Under the pieces are notes generated by a model. That model made no database searches. It was not told the origin of the DNA and saw only the letters and a program-made list of their open reading frames with translations. Below are positions 28,121-40,470 of a DNA stretch of 64,000 nt, one piece after another (within the stretch, counting starts at the first letter, position 1; the number at the start of each line of letters is the position of its first letter). This stretch comes from Octopus sinensis. Its lineage: Eukaryota. The DNA lies in assembly GCF_006345805.1 (NCBI RefSeq), contig NC_043023.1, positions 5,952,001 to 6,016,000 on the forward strand, in the 5' to 3' direction. Both the position numbers and the translations under genes were made by a program.

Positions 28121-31100
28121 ATCATCATCATCATCATCATCGTCGTTTAACGTCCGTTCTCCATGCTAGCATGGGTTGGACGGTTCGACCGGGGTTCTGG
28201 GAAGCCAGAAGGCTGCACCAGGCTCCAGTCTAATCTGGCAATGTTTCTACAGCTGGATGCCCTTCCTAACGCCAACCACTCCGTGAGTGTAGTGGGTGCT
28301 TTTTACGTGCCACCTGCACAGGTGCCAGGCGGGGCTGGCAACGGCCACGGTCAGATTGGTGTATTTTATGTGCCACCGGCACGGAAGCCAGTCGAGGCGG
28401 TGCTGGCATCGGCCACGAGTCGGATAGTGCTTTTTACGTACCACCAGACCAGGGATCCTGGCTGGTTCAATTCGATTTCGATTTCGCTTGCCCCAACATG
28501 TCTTCACAAGCAAAGGGGGTTGGCATGGGTGCCTGTCGTACGGTCGCATTGGAGTATTTTACGTGCCACGGCCACGAGTCGGATAGTGCTTTTTACGTAC
28601 CACCAGGCCAGGGATCCTGGCTGGTTCAATTTGGTTTCGATTTCGATTTCGCTTGCCCCAACATGTCTTCGCATGGGTGTCTGTCGTCGGATGAGGTTCT
28701 ATATCGACTTCGCTTGCCTCAACCGGTCTTTGTGTCCAAGGGAGGAAAGGCATTCATAAGTGGGCTGGGCTCACTTGTCCTGCCTGGTCTTCTCACGTAC
28801 AGAATATTTCCAAAGGTCTCGGTCTCTGGTCATTTCCTCAGTGAGGCCTAAAGTTCGAAGGTCGTGCTTCACCACCTCGTCCCAGGTTTTCCTGGGTCTA
28901 CCTCTTCCACGGGTTCCCTCAACTGCTAGGGATTGGCACTTTCTCACACACCTATCTTCATCCATTCTCGCCACATGACCATACCAGCGCAATCGTCTCT
29001 CTTGCACACCACAACTGATGCTTCTTAGGTACAACATTTCTCTCAAGGTGCTAACGCTCTGTCGAGTATGTACACTGACATTACACATCCATCGGAGCAT
29101 ACTGGCTTCATTCCTCACGAGCTTACGCATGTCCTCAGCAGTCACGGCCCATGTAGCATGGCTCTTCGTACACACGCATCATACAGTCTGCCTTTTACTC
29201 TGAGCGAGAGGCCTTTAGTCACCAGCAGAGGTAAGAGCTCCCTAAACTTTGCCCAGGCTATTCTTATTCTAGCAGTTACACTTTCAGCGCACCCACCCCC
29301 ACTACTGACTTGGTCACCTAGATAACGGAAGCTATCAACTACTTCTAGTTTTTTCGCCCTGGAAAGTGACGGAAGTTGTTTTCTGCAGATTTTCGGAGGT
29401 TAATGCTCCCGAGCATCTGCCACATACAAAAACTATCTTCCCAGTTAGCCTACCTTTGACATTGCTGCACCTCTTATGTGTCCATAGCTTACACTGGGTA
29501 CATCTTATAGAGTTTCTACCTACACCTTTTCTACAGATCGAGCAGGGCCATCTTCCTGAAGATATTTGTGGATTGTCTACCTTTCTACTTATTAGTACTT
29601 TGGTTTTAGCTAGGTTGACTCTAAGGCCCCTTGATTCTAAACCCTCCTTCCACACCTGGAACTTCTCCTCCAGTTCTGATAGTGACTCAGCAATAAGAGC
29701 AAGGTCGTCAGCGTAGAGGAGCTCCCAGGGACAGCCTGTCTTGAATTCCTCTGTAATTGCCTGGAGTACTATGATAAATAGGAGGGGGCTGAGTACTGAA
29801 CCCTGGTGGACCCCAACCTCTACTTTGAATTCTTCTGTGTACATGTTGCCAACCCTAACCTTACTTACGGCATCTCTGTACATGGCTTGCACAGTCCTCA
29901 CCAGCCATTCATCTATCCCTAGTTTCCTCATTGACCACCAGATAAGGGATCGGGGGACCCTATCAAAAGCTTTCTCCATGTCAACGAAAGCCAGGTACAG
30001 GGGCTTATCTTTGGCTAGGTATTTCTCCTGCAGCTGCCTTACCAGGAATATAGCATCAGTGGTACTTTTCCCTGGCACGAACCCAAACTGCATCTCATCT
30101 AAACTAACTCTCTCTCTAATTAGTTGGGCTATGACCCTCTCCGTAACCTTCATTACTTGATCCAACAGCTTGATACCTCTGTAATTATTTGTATCTAGGG
30201 CATCACCTTTACCTTTGTAGCAGTTGACTAGTATGCTGCTGCACCAGTCATTGGGTATGACTCCTTCGTGTATCACCTGGTTGACTATACGGGTGACTAG
30301 GTTATAGCCGACACTGCCAGATATTTTGAGCATCTCTGCAGTAATTCCTGATGGGCCTGGGGCTTTCCCTGTCTTCATGCTTCTAATTGCCTTAGCTACC
30401 ACGGAACTATCAACTCGGATAGCTGGTCCCTCTGTAGGGTCAACATTCGGCAGACTCTCTTTATCCCATTCATTTTCCTCATTCAGTAACCTTTCATAGT
30501 GGTGTCTCCAAGCTTCTCTCTTTGCATCCTCATTTAGCGCAAGTGAACCATCCTCCATGCGAACACATTTCTCTCCTACCACATCACGATTCTCTCTCAC
30601 ACACTGTCTTGCAACACGAAATACCTCAAGTCTTTCATCCTCACGGCGCAGGACATTGGCAAATTTTCTCTTATCTGCTTCCCCTCTGGCTAGATAGACC
30701 TGTCTCCTAGCTTCCCTTCTGGCAGTCTGATACCCTTCCCTGCTACCACCATTCTTCCAGTCCTTCCAAGCCTGTTTCTTTTGTCTAATAGCCCTGTCAA
30801 CAATATTGTTCCACCACCACGTTATTTTGGGTCTTAAGGGGACTTTGCACCAGCCACAGATCTGGTCAGTGGCTTTCAGCAGGTTGTCCCTCAGAAACGT
30901 CCAGTTGTCTTCTACCCCATGTGTAGCTATACCCCCTTCCACTTCGTCAAAGGCTTCAAGTAACATATCTCTAAATCTCTGTCCATTCGCAGGGGCTTTA
31001 AGCTTCCAGACCCTTCTTCTCCATGTTGGTCGTCTTCTAGTCGCCCTCTTAGTCCTGATCCTAAAGTCACTAACTACCAGTCTATGTTGTGGGGTGCATT

Positions 31101-31630
31101 CTTCGCCTGGGAAGGTTTTGGCATTTATAAGCAGCCATCTTTCCCTTTTTCTGGCAAGGATGTAGTCGATTTGGCTAGTATGCCGGCCCGATCTGTAGGT
31201 GACCAGGTGGCTTATTGGTTTCCTGAAGTTAGTGTTGCAGACCATAAGACTATTCGCATCGCAGAACTCCAGCAGCCTGGTTCCCTCCTCATTGCGGGAA
31301 CCATAACCGTAGCCTCCATGTACGCCATGGAAGCCCCCAGCATGTCGTCCAACATGCCCATTGAAATCACCAGCCACAAAGAGAAGGTCCCTGTCGTTCG
31401 TCGATGAGGTGGTCTGCAGTAGGGTGTCATAGAAACTGTCTTTCTGTCCATCGGGTAGCCCTGGCTGAGGGGCATAGGCCGATATAATGGTTGCTAATCT
31501 ATTATGAAGCACTATTCTAATCTTAAGTATTCTGTCACTTACTCTGATTACCTCAATTACTCTATCTATCCATTTCTCAGCGATAAGTATACCCACGCCA
31601 CCAACCCCGTCAGTGTTCCCTGCCCAGAAA
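28121..31630 (-). mobile_element. RTE-clade non-LTR retrotransposon, 5'-truncated
   Basis: 753-aa ORF (29335-31596) with AP-endonuclease motifs (AYAPQ, AGDFNGH, QIDYIL, QHRLVV) and RT motifs (QFGF, QGSVLSP, YADDL). A frameshift near 29340 leads to the C-terminal ORF 28771-29175. 3' UTR ends in (GAT)n. ~12-bp TSD tatatctc(c)tta. Confidence 0.93.
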
Positions 31631-31976
31631 ATTATATCTCTTATATCTCTTTATATCTTTATACTCTACATTTTTATATTTTTCTATACTTACACCTTTT
31701 ATATATTTTTTATCCTTCGTCCTGAATTCTCGCCCCTCCATCTTTACCCCTATTTACTCTTATTACCAGGTTCCTTCACGTCTATATATGTATTTATTTA
31801 TTAATTTATTTACATTACTTCAACATCCAAATTTCCTCATTCTACATTGAGAAAAGAAAGAGATGGACGCTTCAATTCTATGCTGTTGCCGCATTATGTC
31901 GTACGCGAATAAGAGGATTTGCATCCCCAACCAAGAATTTTTGATGTAACACATGTCCTTGTGGAAGCTGTTGTGC

Positions 31977-32054
31977 GCGGCTGAAGAAGGCCACAGACAT
32001 ACATTATGCATTGTTATAAATCTGTCTAATAAAGGCCCGAAACATATGTACCGC
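31977..32054 (+). ncRNA. Type I hammerhead ribozyme-like motif in the right arm of the same fold-back element
   Basis: Reverse-complement copy of 26759-26836. Confidence 0.65.
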
Positions 32055-32156
32055 TGAATCCTTGGCATCATGTTTTTATTTTGATCAATTTACTCCACCA
32101 CCTACACCACCAAACGGTATACACAGGTGCTTATAATTATCAAGTACTCACCCCGA

Positions 32157-32201
<45 letters not shown>

Positions 32202-32659
32202 TGTGTGTGTTTGTGTGTCTGTGTTTGTCCCTCTAGCATTGCTTGAAAACCGATGCTGGTGTGTTTACATTCCCGTAACTTAGCGGTTTGGCAAAAGAGA
32301 CCAATAGAATAAGTACTGGGCTTACAAAAGAATAAGTCCTGGGGTCGAGTTGCTCGATTAAAGGCGATGCTCCAGCATGGCCGCAGTCAAATGACTGAAA
32401 CAAGTAAAAGAGTAAAGAGTAAAGAGTAATGTATATCGGCCTCTCATTTCGCTTACTAAAGTGTGTATAGCAATTAGATTCTAAGATAATTTTAGGAACT
32501 AATTATGTACAATTCTTGATTATTCTATTATTTCAAAAATTAATTAAAACACATAGAGGACAGCGTATTTCGTTATAAATGTCCTGAAATGTTTAAAACA
32601 TTCAATCTTGTTCATAAACTACTTTAATACCATTCAATATATCTTCATTTGGAAATAGT

Positions 32660-33035
32660 GGAGGCGCAATGGCCCAGTGGTTAAGGCAGCGGACTCGCGG
32701 TCATAGGACCGCGGTTTCAATTCCCAGACCGGGCGTTGTGAGTGTTTATTGAGCGAAAACACCTAAAGCGCCACGAGGCTCTGGCAGGGGATGGTGGTGA
32801 TCCCTTCTGCACTCTTTCACCACAACTTTCTCTCACTCTTACTTCCTGTTTCTGTACCTGTATTTCAAGGGGCCGGCCTTGTCACTCTCTGTGTCACGCT
32901 GAATATCCCGAGAACTACGTTAAGGGTGCACGTGTCTGTGGAGTGCTCAGCCACTTACACGTTAATTTCACGAGCAGGCTATTCCATTGATTTGGATCAA
33001 CCGGAACCTTCATCGTCGTAACCGACGGAGTGCTT
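32660..33035 (+). mobile_element. Third tRNA-derived SINE (also 40575-40867 - and 60410-60700 +); a fourth family lies at 18797-19095 and 23195-23460
   Basis: tggcccagtggtt A box, gtttcaattccc B box, and dispersed copies. Confidence 0.7.
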
Positions 33036-33066
33036 CCTAATTTGGAAATGAAAAAAAAAAACTCAC

Positions 33067-33195
33067 CTGGTAAGGTTCTCAAATAAATGGTATTAAGCAT
33101 ATTGATTCTTCGTAAAAACAAATTGGTTGCAGCGCAAACATAGGCAGTGTCTTTGTAGGAGTCTTCTTCTTGTACATTAGCAAAGACAAGGTTGG
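33067..33195 (-). CDS. Exon 4, Ig2 C-half: (A)NLVFANVQEEDSYKDTAYVCAATNLFLRRINMLNTIYLRTLP
   Basis: 129 nt, ttttccAG acceptor, GTGAG donor, phase 1 to 1. NL-F-NV--ED-----Y-C is the L1-family Ig2 signature. Confidence 0.9.
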
Positions 33196-34074
33196 CTGGA
33201 AAAGAATTAGGAGAATAGGTGTGGAGAGAATTTTGTGTTTATTTCTAGGTGTGAAATTATTGTTATTTTACATTAATATTTTAATATTGGTGTCTTCATT
33301 ATGGTCGATAAATTAAGTACCAGTTATGTACTGGGGTCGATGTAATCGACTTAATCCATTTGTCTGTCCTTGTTTGTCCCCTCTATGTTTAGCCCCTTGT
33401 GGGTAGTAAAGAAATAGGTATTTCGTCTGCCGTTATGTTCTGAGTTCAAATTCCGCCGAGGTCGACTTTGCCTTTCATCCTTTTGGGGTCGATAAATTAA
33501 GTACCAGTTTCGCACTGGGGTCGATGTAATCGACTTAATCCGTTTGTCTGTCCTTGTTTGTCCCCTCTATGTTTAGCCCCTTGTGGGTAGTAAAGAAATA
33601 TATATCAATGTTGGTGCAGGAGTGGCTGCGTGGTGAGTAGCTTGTTTACCAACCACATGGTTCTGGGTTCAGTCCCACTGGGTGGCACCTTGGGCAAGTG
33701 TCTTCTACTATAGCCCTGGGCCGACCAAAGCCTTGTGAGTGAATTTGGTAGACGGAAACTGAAAGAAGCCCGTCATATATATGTATATATATATATATGC
33801 GTGTGTGTGTTTGTGTGTCTGTGTTTGTCCCCCTAGCATTGCTTGACAACCAATGCTGATGTGTTTATGTCCCCGTTACTTAGCGGTTCAGCAAAAGAGA
33901 CCGATAGAATAAGTACAGTTCTTGTTCAGGTCCCTGTTATATTTGCTAATGTTTCTGGAATATGGAACTACTGATGGATACTTGAGAAACTAATGTATTT
34001 CATTATTTCAAGTGTCTGTTGCAGCTGAGAATATTACTGGCAGCAACTTGGTTGAGAAGAAACCATCTGCAGAG

Positions 34075-34672
34075 GTCGGCAAGCTGGCAGAAACGTCAGC
34101 ACGCTGGGTGAAATGCGTAGCCGTATTTCTTCTGCGGTACGTTTTGGGTTCAAATTCCGCCGAGGTCGACTTTGTCTTTCATACTTTCGGGGTCGATAAA
34201 TTAAGTACCAGTTTCGCACTGGGGTCGATGTAATCGACTTAATCCGTTTGTCTGTCCTTGTTTGTCCCCTCTATGTTTAGCCCCTTACGGGTAGTAAAGA
34301 AATAGGTATTTCGGCTGCCATTACGTTCTGAGTTCAAATTCCGCCGAGGTCGACTTTGCCTTTCATCCTTTCGGGGTCAATAAATTAAGCACCAGTTTCG
34401 CACTGGGGTCGATATAATAGACTTAATCCGTTTGTCTGTCCTTGTTTGTCCTCTCTGTGTTTAGCCCCTTATGGGTAGTAAAGAAATAGGTATTTCGGCT
34501 GCCGTTACGTTCTGAGTTCAAATTCCGCCGAGGTCGACTTTGCCTTTCATCCTTTCAGGGTCGATAAATTAAGTACCAGTTTCGCACTGGGGTCAATGTA
34601 ATCGACTTAATCCGTTTGTCTGTCCTTGTTTGTCCCCTCTATGTTTAGCCCCTTGTGGGTAGTAAAGAAATA
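34075..34672 (+). mobile_element. Second SINE family, here as three tandem ~182-bp units; other copies at 2030-2432, 19378-19942, 33305-33600, 36360-36590, 37808-38010 and 63050-63255
   Basis: tRNA-like head and a core gtcgactttgcctttcatcctttcggggtcgataaattaagtacc that resembles a Meta-type SINE domain (recalled, not searched). Confidence 0.75.
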
Positions 34673-35097
34673 TATATATATATCATGGCGGTTTCCCTTA
34701 CACATCTGCTGTCCTTAGCACTCACAAATCACTGAACTATCTAAGTCATAGTAGTAACTCTACCAAAGCAACAATGCAGCTATGAACAACCTCCTTACCT
34801 GTTAGTCAGTGGGGCGTTTCAATTTAAATATTCTATCTTCTTCCATTAATATTTTGATTGAAAGCAGAAGCAGGGAATCAATCATATCAGATAATGTCGT
34901 TCCAGATTTGCTATGTCTGAATAAAAGTCCAAATGGTCGCTAACACTAATTACTATACTATACATTAGATAGTGTAGTCCAAGATACACTGTGTCTTGAT
35001 AAAAGATAGGGCAGTGACAGCTGGAACATCTTCGATCATGCCTCTTTTGCATCAGGGCTGATCTAGGGCTAAGTAACTGCGACAACTATTATACTAT

Positions 35098-35425
35098 CAG
35101 CATCATCCTCATCATCGTCATCGTCATCGTCGTCGTCGTCATCGTCATGGTCATCATCATCATCATCGTCGTCATCATCATCATCGTCATCATCATCATC
35201 ATCATCGTCGTCATCATCATCTTCATTGTCGTCGTCATCGTCGTCGTCATCGTCATTGTCATCATCATCTTCGTCGTCGTTGTCGTCATCGTCATCATCA
35301 TCATCGTCATCATCATCATCATCGTCGTCATCATCATCATCGTCATCATCATCATCATCTTCATTGTCGTCGTCGTCATCGTCATCATCATCATCTTCGT
35401 CGTCGTCGTCGTCATCATCATCATG
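35098..35425. repeat. (ATC/GTC)n trinucleotide tract forming an expanded tail of an RTE 3' fragment
   Basis: Direct inspection; abuts the gggttggacg...ctggatgcccttcc RTE motif. Confidence 0.9.
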
Positions 35426-35854
35426 GTAGTATGGGTTGGACGATTTGACCAGGCTCCAATCTTGATCTGGCAAAGTTTCTACAGCTGGATGCCCTTCCTA
35501 ACGCCAACCACTCCGAGAGTGTAGTGGCTGATTTTACGTGCCACCAGCACGAGGGCCAGTCAGGTGGTACTGGCAACAGCCATGCTAAAATGCTGTTTTT
35601 TATGTGCCATCTGCACAACCTCACTTGAATGTTTATTCATGTGCCACCGGCACAAGTGCCAGTATGACAACACTGTTATTAGGCAATGTAGTCCTATGTA
35701 CACTATGTTTGAATAGATGGGATGGTCACTGCTGGAATATCTTTGACCATGTCTGTCTAAGGATCAGGACTGACCTAGAGCTAAACAATAACATGCTGAT
35801 ATCTATAAATCAAAGAAGATGAAGTGGTGGCAATGGTAAGAAGGTAATACTAAC

Positions 35855-36225
35855 CTTTGTGATCCATTTGGATTCGCTCAGTGAAGTCAAGGACCTTTAA
35901 TCGCCCATCACTGTATTTCAATAGCCATGTGAATTTGGCCTCAGGGTAACTGATTGGCTTGTTACAAGGGAGGATGAGAGATGACCCTGGTGATACAGTG
36001 ATGGTCTCTGGTTCCTGATTGGTGTATGGCTGCAGGAAGGCAAGACGTAGCTCAACGATGCCTGACATGGCCACCCCATAAGAGTTGTTTGCAAAACATT
36101 GATACATGCCGGCATCTTTCTTTCTGGGTTGCTTGAAGACAAGTGTTCCCTCGTTTTCTACTGTGGAGATAAGGTCATCACTGCCAGCCACGTTGAAGTC
36201 CTGTTTGTCCTTTTTCCAGGTGTAC
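35855..36225 (-). CDS. Exon 3, Ig1 C-half plus Ig2 N-half: YTWKKDKQDF...EGTLVF...DAGMYQCFANNSYGVAMS...LPCNKPISYPEAKFTW...ERIQMDHK
   Basis: 371-nt AG/GT exon, phase 2 to 1. W of strand C and DxGxYxC motif present. Resembles Ig1-Ig2 of the neuroglian/L1 family. Confidence 0.93.
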
Positions 36226-36869
36226 CTGGTTGTAGAAGAGAAGGAAAATGATGAAGACGAAGGAGATGGGGATGGAGGGTGGGTGGATGTACTTACAAAT
36301 GAAGTGATAATGGGTGTGAGTTGAAAGAAGTGGAAAGGAGGACAGGGGTCTGCATGTATTTCGTTACTGCCCACAAGGGGCTAAACATAGAGGGGACAAA
36401 CAAGAACAGACAAAGGGATTAAGTCGATTACATCGACCCCAGTGGGAAACTGGTACTTTATTTATCGACCCCGAAAGAATAAAAGGCAAAGTCGACTTTG
36501 GCGGAATTTGAACTCAGAATTTAACAACAGACGAAATACGGCTACGCATTTCGCCCGGCGTGCTAACGTTTCTGCCAGCTCGCCGCCTTTAGATAGGGGT
36601 GTGCATGTGTGTATGTGTGCATGCGTGCATGTGTGTGTGTGTTAATGTGTGGGTGGGTGTGTGCTTGTGTGTGTAAGAAAGAGAGAGACAGACAGACAAA
36701 GACAGAGAGTGAAAAGAGAGATTAGAAACAGTATTGTGAGATAAAAGGTAGAAGAAGAGTAAGGAGCAAGAATGAGGATGATGAGGATGATGTTTGTTTT
36801 ATGTTTTATTAGTTTCAGCTCAAAGCTGTGGCCATGCTGGGGCACCACCATTTTGCTACACTGTTATTA

Positions 36870-37548
36870 TTGAGAGCCTCTTCTGATATATGACATTTGG
36901 TCAATAAGTGAGTTTCATGTTGCTACCCTCATTTGCACCCTCTGCCACAGGGTAGGTTCATCTGGGACTCTCAACAGAAAGAGATCAAGTTTTGATTTGA
37001 AAACACCTATATCCACTTTGTGTAGGTCTCTTAGGCTCTTTGGGAGAATATTAAAAAGCTGTGGGGCCCCTGAAACCCAGGCTGTTGCAGTAACTGGTCC
37101 TGAAGCACAATAGCTTGGCTGGAATCTTTGGTACTGTGCAGGGGCAACTGGTTCTGGCATTTGTGTAGCTTTAAATGCCAAAATTTGGCACAATTTGGCA
37201 CAATCCCTTCCAGGATCTTCCAGATCTATATTACTGCATATCTCTCCCACCTTCACTTCACGGAGTAGAGTCTTAGCTCTATCAGCCTATTCCAGTTGCT
37301 GAGCTATTGCAATAAGACAATCTTCTTTGTGAAGCTTTGCTGGATTGCTTCAAGTTCCGCTATTAATTTTACACTGTGGGGTAACCATAGCTAATAGCAG
37401 TAGTTCCGGCATATTATTATCCTCATCCCATCTGTAAATTGAGTCAAACTCCTGCTGCAGGTGTGCAACATCGCTGGGGTTCTGTATTTTCTGCAAGACT
37501 TTCGTATTGTCTGCATAGCTGGCAAGGATGGCTATCCAGGCAACTGAT
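36870..37548 (-). pseudogene. CR1/L2-like LINE RT and 3' fragment; mirror copy at 63513-64000 (+)
   Basis: SYADNTK (YADDTK-like), LQQEFDSIYRW...NNM, and FKSKLDLFLLRVPDEPT. Confidence 0.75.
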
Positions 37549-38784
37549 AGTGAGTGGATTTGGTAGACGGAAACTGAAGGAAGCCTGTCGTATATATATT
37601 TGCCCCCCCCCCCCAAACATCACTTGACAACTGATGCTGGTGTGTTTATGTCCCCATAACTTAGCAGTTCGGCAAAATAGACTGATAAAATAAGTACTAG
37701 GTTTACAAAGAATAAGTCCTGGGGTCGATTTCCTCAACTAAAGGCAGTGCTCCAGCATGGCCGCAGTCAAATGACTGAAACAAGTAAAAGAATAAAGAGT
37801 ATATACCTAAGGTGGTGAGCTGGCAAAAATGTTAGCCCACCGGGCGAAATGCTTAGGAGTATTTCATCTGTCTTTATGTTTTGAGTTCAAATTCTGCTGA
37901 GGTTGGCTTTGCCTTTCATCCTTTTGGGGTTGATAAATTAAGAACCAGTTGCATACTGGGGTCGATCTAATCAACTGGCCCCCTCCCCATAAAATTTCAG
38001 GCCTTGTGCCTAGACTAGAAGAGAATATTTATATACCTGTTTGCCACATAGGTCGCGTTTCCTCTACGACTTTTAATGGTTACAAATCGTCTGGTAATTG
38101 CCGTTTGAATGGACATTTTGTTTTCACTATAAAACACATACTGCTAGGTTTGTACCATCCCCTTGAGACCCAACTACTCTTTAGCTGAAAAATACAGAAT
38201 ACCTCATCATCATCATCCTCGTTTAGCGTCCGCTTTCCATGCTAGCAGGGGTTGGATGATTTGACTGAGGACTGGCGAATCAGATGGCTGCACCAGGCTC
38301 CAATCTAATTTGGCAGTTTCTACAGCAGGATGCCTTTCCTAACGCCAATCACTCTGAAAGTGTAGTGGGTGCTTTCAAAGTGCTACCGGCATGAGGGCCA
38401 GTCTGGCGGTAGTGGCAATGGCCACGCTCAAATGATGATTTTTATGTGCCACCTGCACAGGAGTCAGTACAGTGGCACTGGCACAACACAGCGGAATTCC
38501 GTAGCGGTGTTAATGAAGATGTGTCAATTTAATGTGTTAAACTTATCTTTATAAATGTATATCAAATTATACATAGATATATACAAGATTATACGTATAT
38601 ATAGATATATACAAGATATAGGCGCAGGAGTGGCTGTGTGGTAAGTAGCTTGTTTACCAACCACATGGCTCCGGGTTCAGTCCCACTGCGTGGCACCCTG
38701 GGCAAGTGTCTTCTACTAATATCTTCAGGCCGACCAAAACCTTGTGAGTGGATTTGGTAGATGGAAACTGAAAGAAGCCCATCA

Positions 38785-38826
<42 letters not shown>

Positions 38827-39149
38827 TGTGTGTGTTTGTGTGTCTGTGTTTGTCCCCCTAGCATTGCTTGACAACCGATGCTGGTGTGTGTGTTTATGTC
38901 CCCGTTACTTAGCGGTTCGGCAAAAGAGACCGATAGAATAAGTACTGGGCTTACAAAAGAATAAGTCCCGGGGTCGATTTGCTCGATTAAAGGCGGTGCT
39001 CCAGTATGGCTGCAGTCAAATGACTGAAACTAGTAAAAGAGTAAAGAGTAAGATTAACACAGATATAAGTGTTAGAACCTGTGCTCTGACCGCAGACCTT
39101 GTCCACTGCACTAAAAAGCTTCTCCACCCCTGCTGTAGGCTATTTTGTT

Positions 39150-39240
39150 TGGACTACATAATTTTGGTTTACCCATTTGTTCCCATGTTTTCTTATTTAT
39201 GATTGTGATACCACTTTCCGTGTATAATTGCACTCTGACA
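39150..39240 (-). pseudogene. Ty3/Gypsy aspartic-protease remnant; mirror copy at ~61835-61925
   Basis: VQLYTESGITIINKKTWEQMGKPKL resembles LDTGS-ITIIN--TW--+G-P-L. Confidence 0.5.
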
Positions 39241-39286
39241 CCAGCACCACTACTACTTGTACTACTACTCAAACAACAATACTTAC

Positions 39287-39392
39287 GTAGGTTGTGGTTC
39301 CCCACTGGCCTTGCATGGAAGGTCCACAGTTTCTAACTCTGTAAATAGTACCAGGGCACGTGGGTTGATTACCATCACAGGCGGCTGGATAC
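39287..39392 (-). CDS. Exon 2, Ig1 N-half: (G)IQPPVMVINPRALVLFTELETVDLPCKASGEPQPT
   Basis: ctttctattacAG acceptor, GTAAGT donor, 106 nt, phase 1 to 2. Carries the Ig B-strand LPC-A-G-P-P motif and joins exons 1 and 3 in frame. Confidence 0.9.
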
Positions 39393-39644
39393 CTGTAATA
39401 GAAAGTGGAAGGAAGAGGATCACTATGGTTGTGTAGTTATGTGTTTGAATCCCGAACATGTCATGTCAGGTTCAATCCCACTGCAAGACAACTTGCACTG
39501 ATGTCTTCTCCTATAGGCCTGAGATGATCAAAGACTTTTGAGTTGATTTATTAGACAGAAACTGAAAGAAGATCATTGTCTGTGTGCGTGTGCATATGGT
39601 GGAATGTGTGTATGTGTGCGTGTGTCTGTGTGAGTGTGTGTATA

Positions 39645-40470
39645 TCATCATCATCATCATCATCATCGTTTAGCGTCCGTTTTCCATGCTAGCATGGGTT
39701 GGACGGTTCTACTGGGGTCTGTGAAGCCAGAAGGCTTCATCAGGCCCAGTCAAATCTGGCAGTGTTTCTATGGCTGGATGCCCTTCCTAACGCCAACCAC
39801 TCCGTGAGTGTAGTGGGTGCTTTTTACGTGCCACCCGCACTGGTGCCAGACAGAGCTGGCAAACGGCCACGAACGGATGGTGCTTTTTATGGCAACGGAC
39901 ACGAAACGGGGCGGTGCTGGCAACGGTCGCGAAACGGAAAGTTCTCTTACATGCCACCGGCACTGGTAACACATCTGCAATTTCCATTGATCGATTTCCA
40001 TTGATCGATTTCGATTCTGATCCTCACTTGCCTCAACGGGTCTTCACAAGTAGAGTTTCGACATGCCACCGGCACTGGTAACACATTCGCAATTTCCATT
40101 GATCGATTTCGATTCTGATGCTCACTTGCCTCAACACGTCTTCACAAGTAGAGTTTTGTGTCCCAAGAAGGGAAGGTATGCATACGTAGGCTGGCTCCAT
40201 CCCATGTAGAAGGCCACGGGTTATGGACTCACTTGTCCTGCCGGGTCTTCTCGCGCACAGCACACTTCCAGAGGTCTCGGTCTCTAGTCATTTCCTCAGT
40301 GAGACCTAAAGTTCGAAGGTCGTGCTTCACCACCTCATCCCAGGTTTTCCTGGGTCTGCCTCTTCCACAGGTTCCCTTAACCGCTAAGGTGTGGCACTTT
40401 TTCACACAACTATCTTCATCCATTCTCACCACATGACCATACCAGCGCAAACGTCTCTCTTGCACACCAC
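39645..40470 (-). mobile_element. RTE 3' fragment (same family as 28121-31630), left arm only
   Basis: CGVQERRLRWYGHV...RGRPRKTW plus 3' UTR and (GAT)n tail. Shorter tail fragments with ctggatgcccttcctaacgccaacc lie at ~6340-6710, 10325-10520, 22866-23120, 35425-35650, 38200-38480, 57560-57870 and 62560-62860. Confidence 0.85.

Larger units (their letters stand above)
26722..32091. mobile_element. Fold-back element with ~620-bp inverted arms (26722-27345 vs 27943-28120 plus 31631-32091) and a ~600-bp AT-rich spacer; probably Penelope-like pLTR-derived
   Basis: Direct reverse-complement matching of the arms, a hammerhead motif in each arm, and a right arm split by the RTE insertion. Confidence 0.75.

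Noticed and set aside
32660-32740. tRNA genes (also the other A/B-box heads)
   Set aside because: The tRNA-like heads run into SINE bodies found in many dispersed copies, and no complete cloverleaf was evident.
35069-35524. Poly-Asp/Met/Ser ORFs
   Set aside because: (ATC/GTC)n expansion of an RTE tail.
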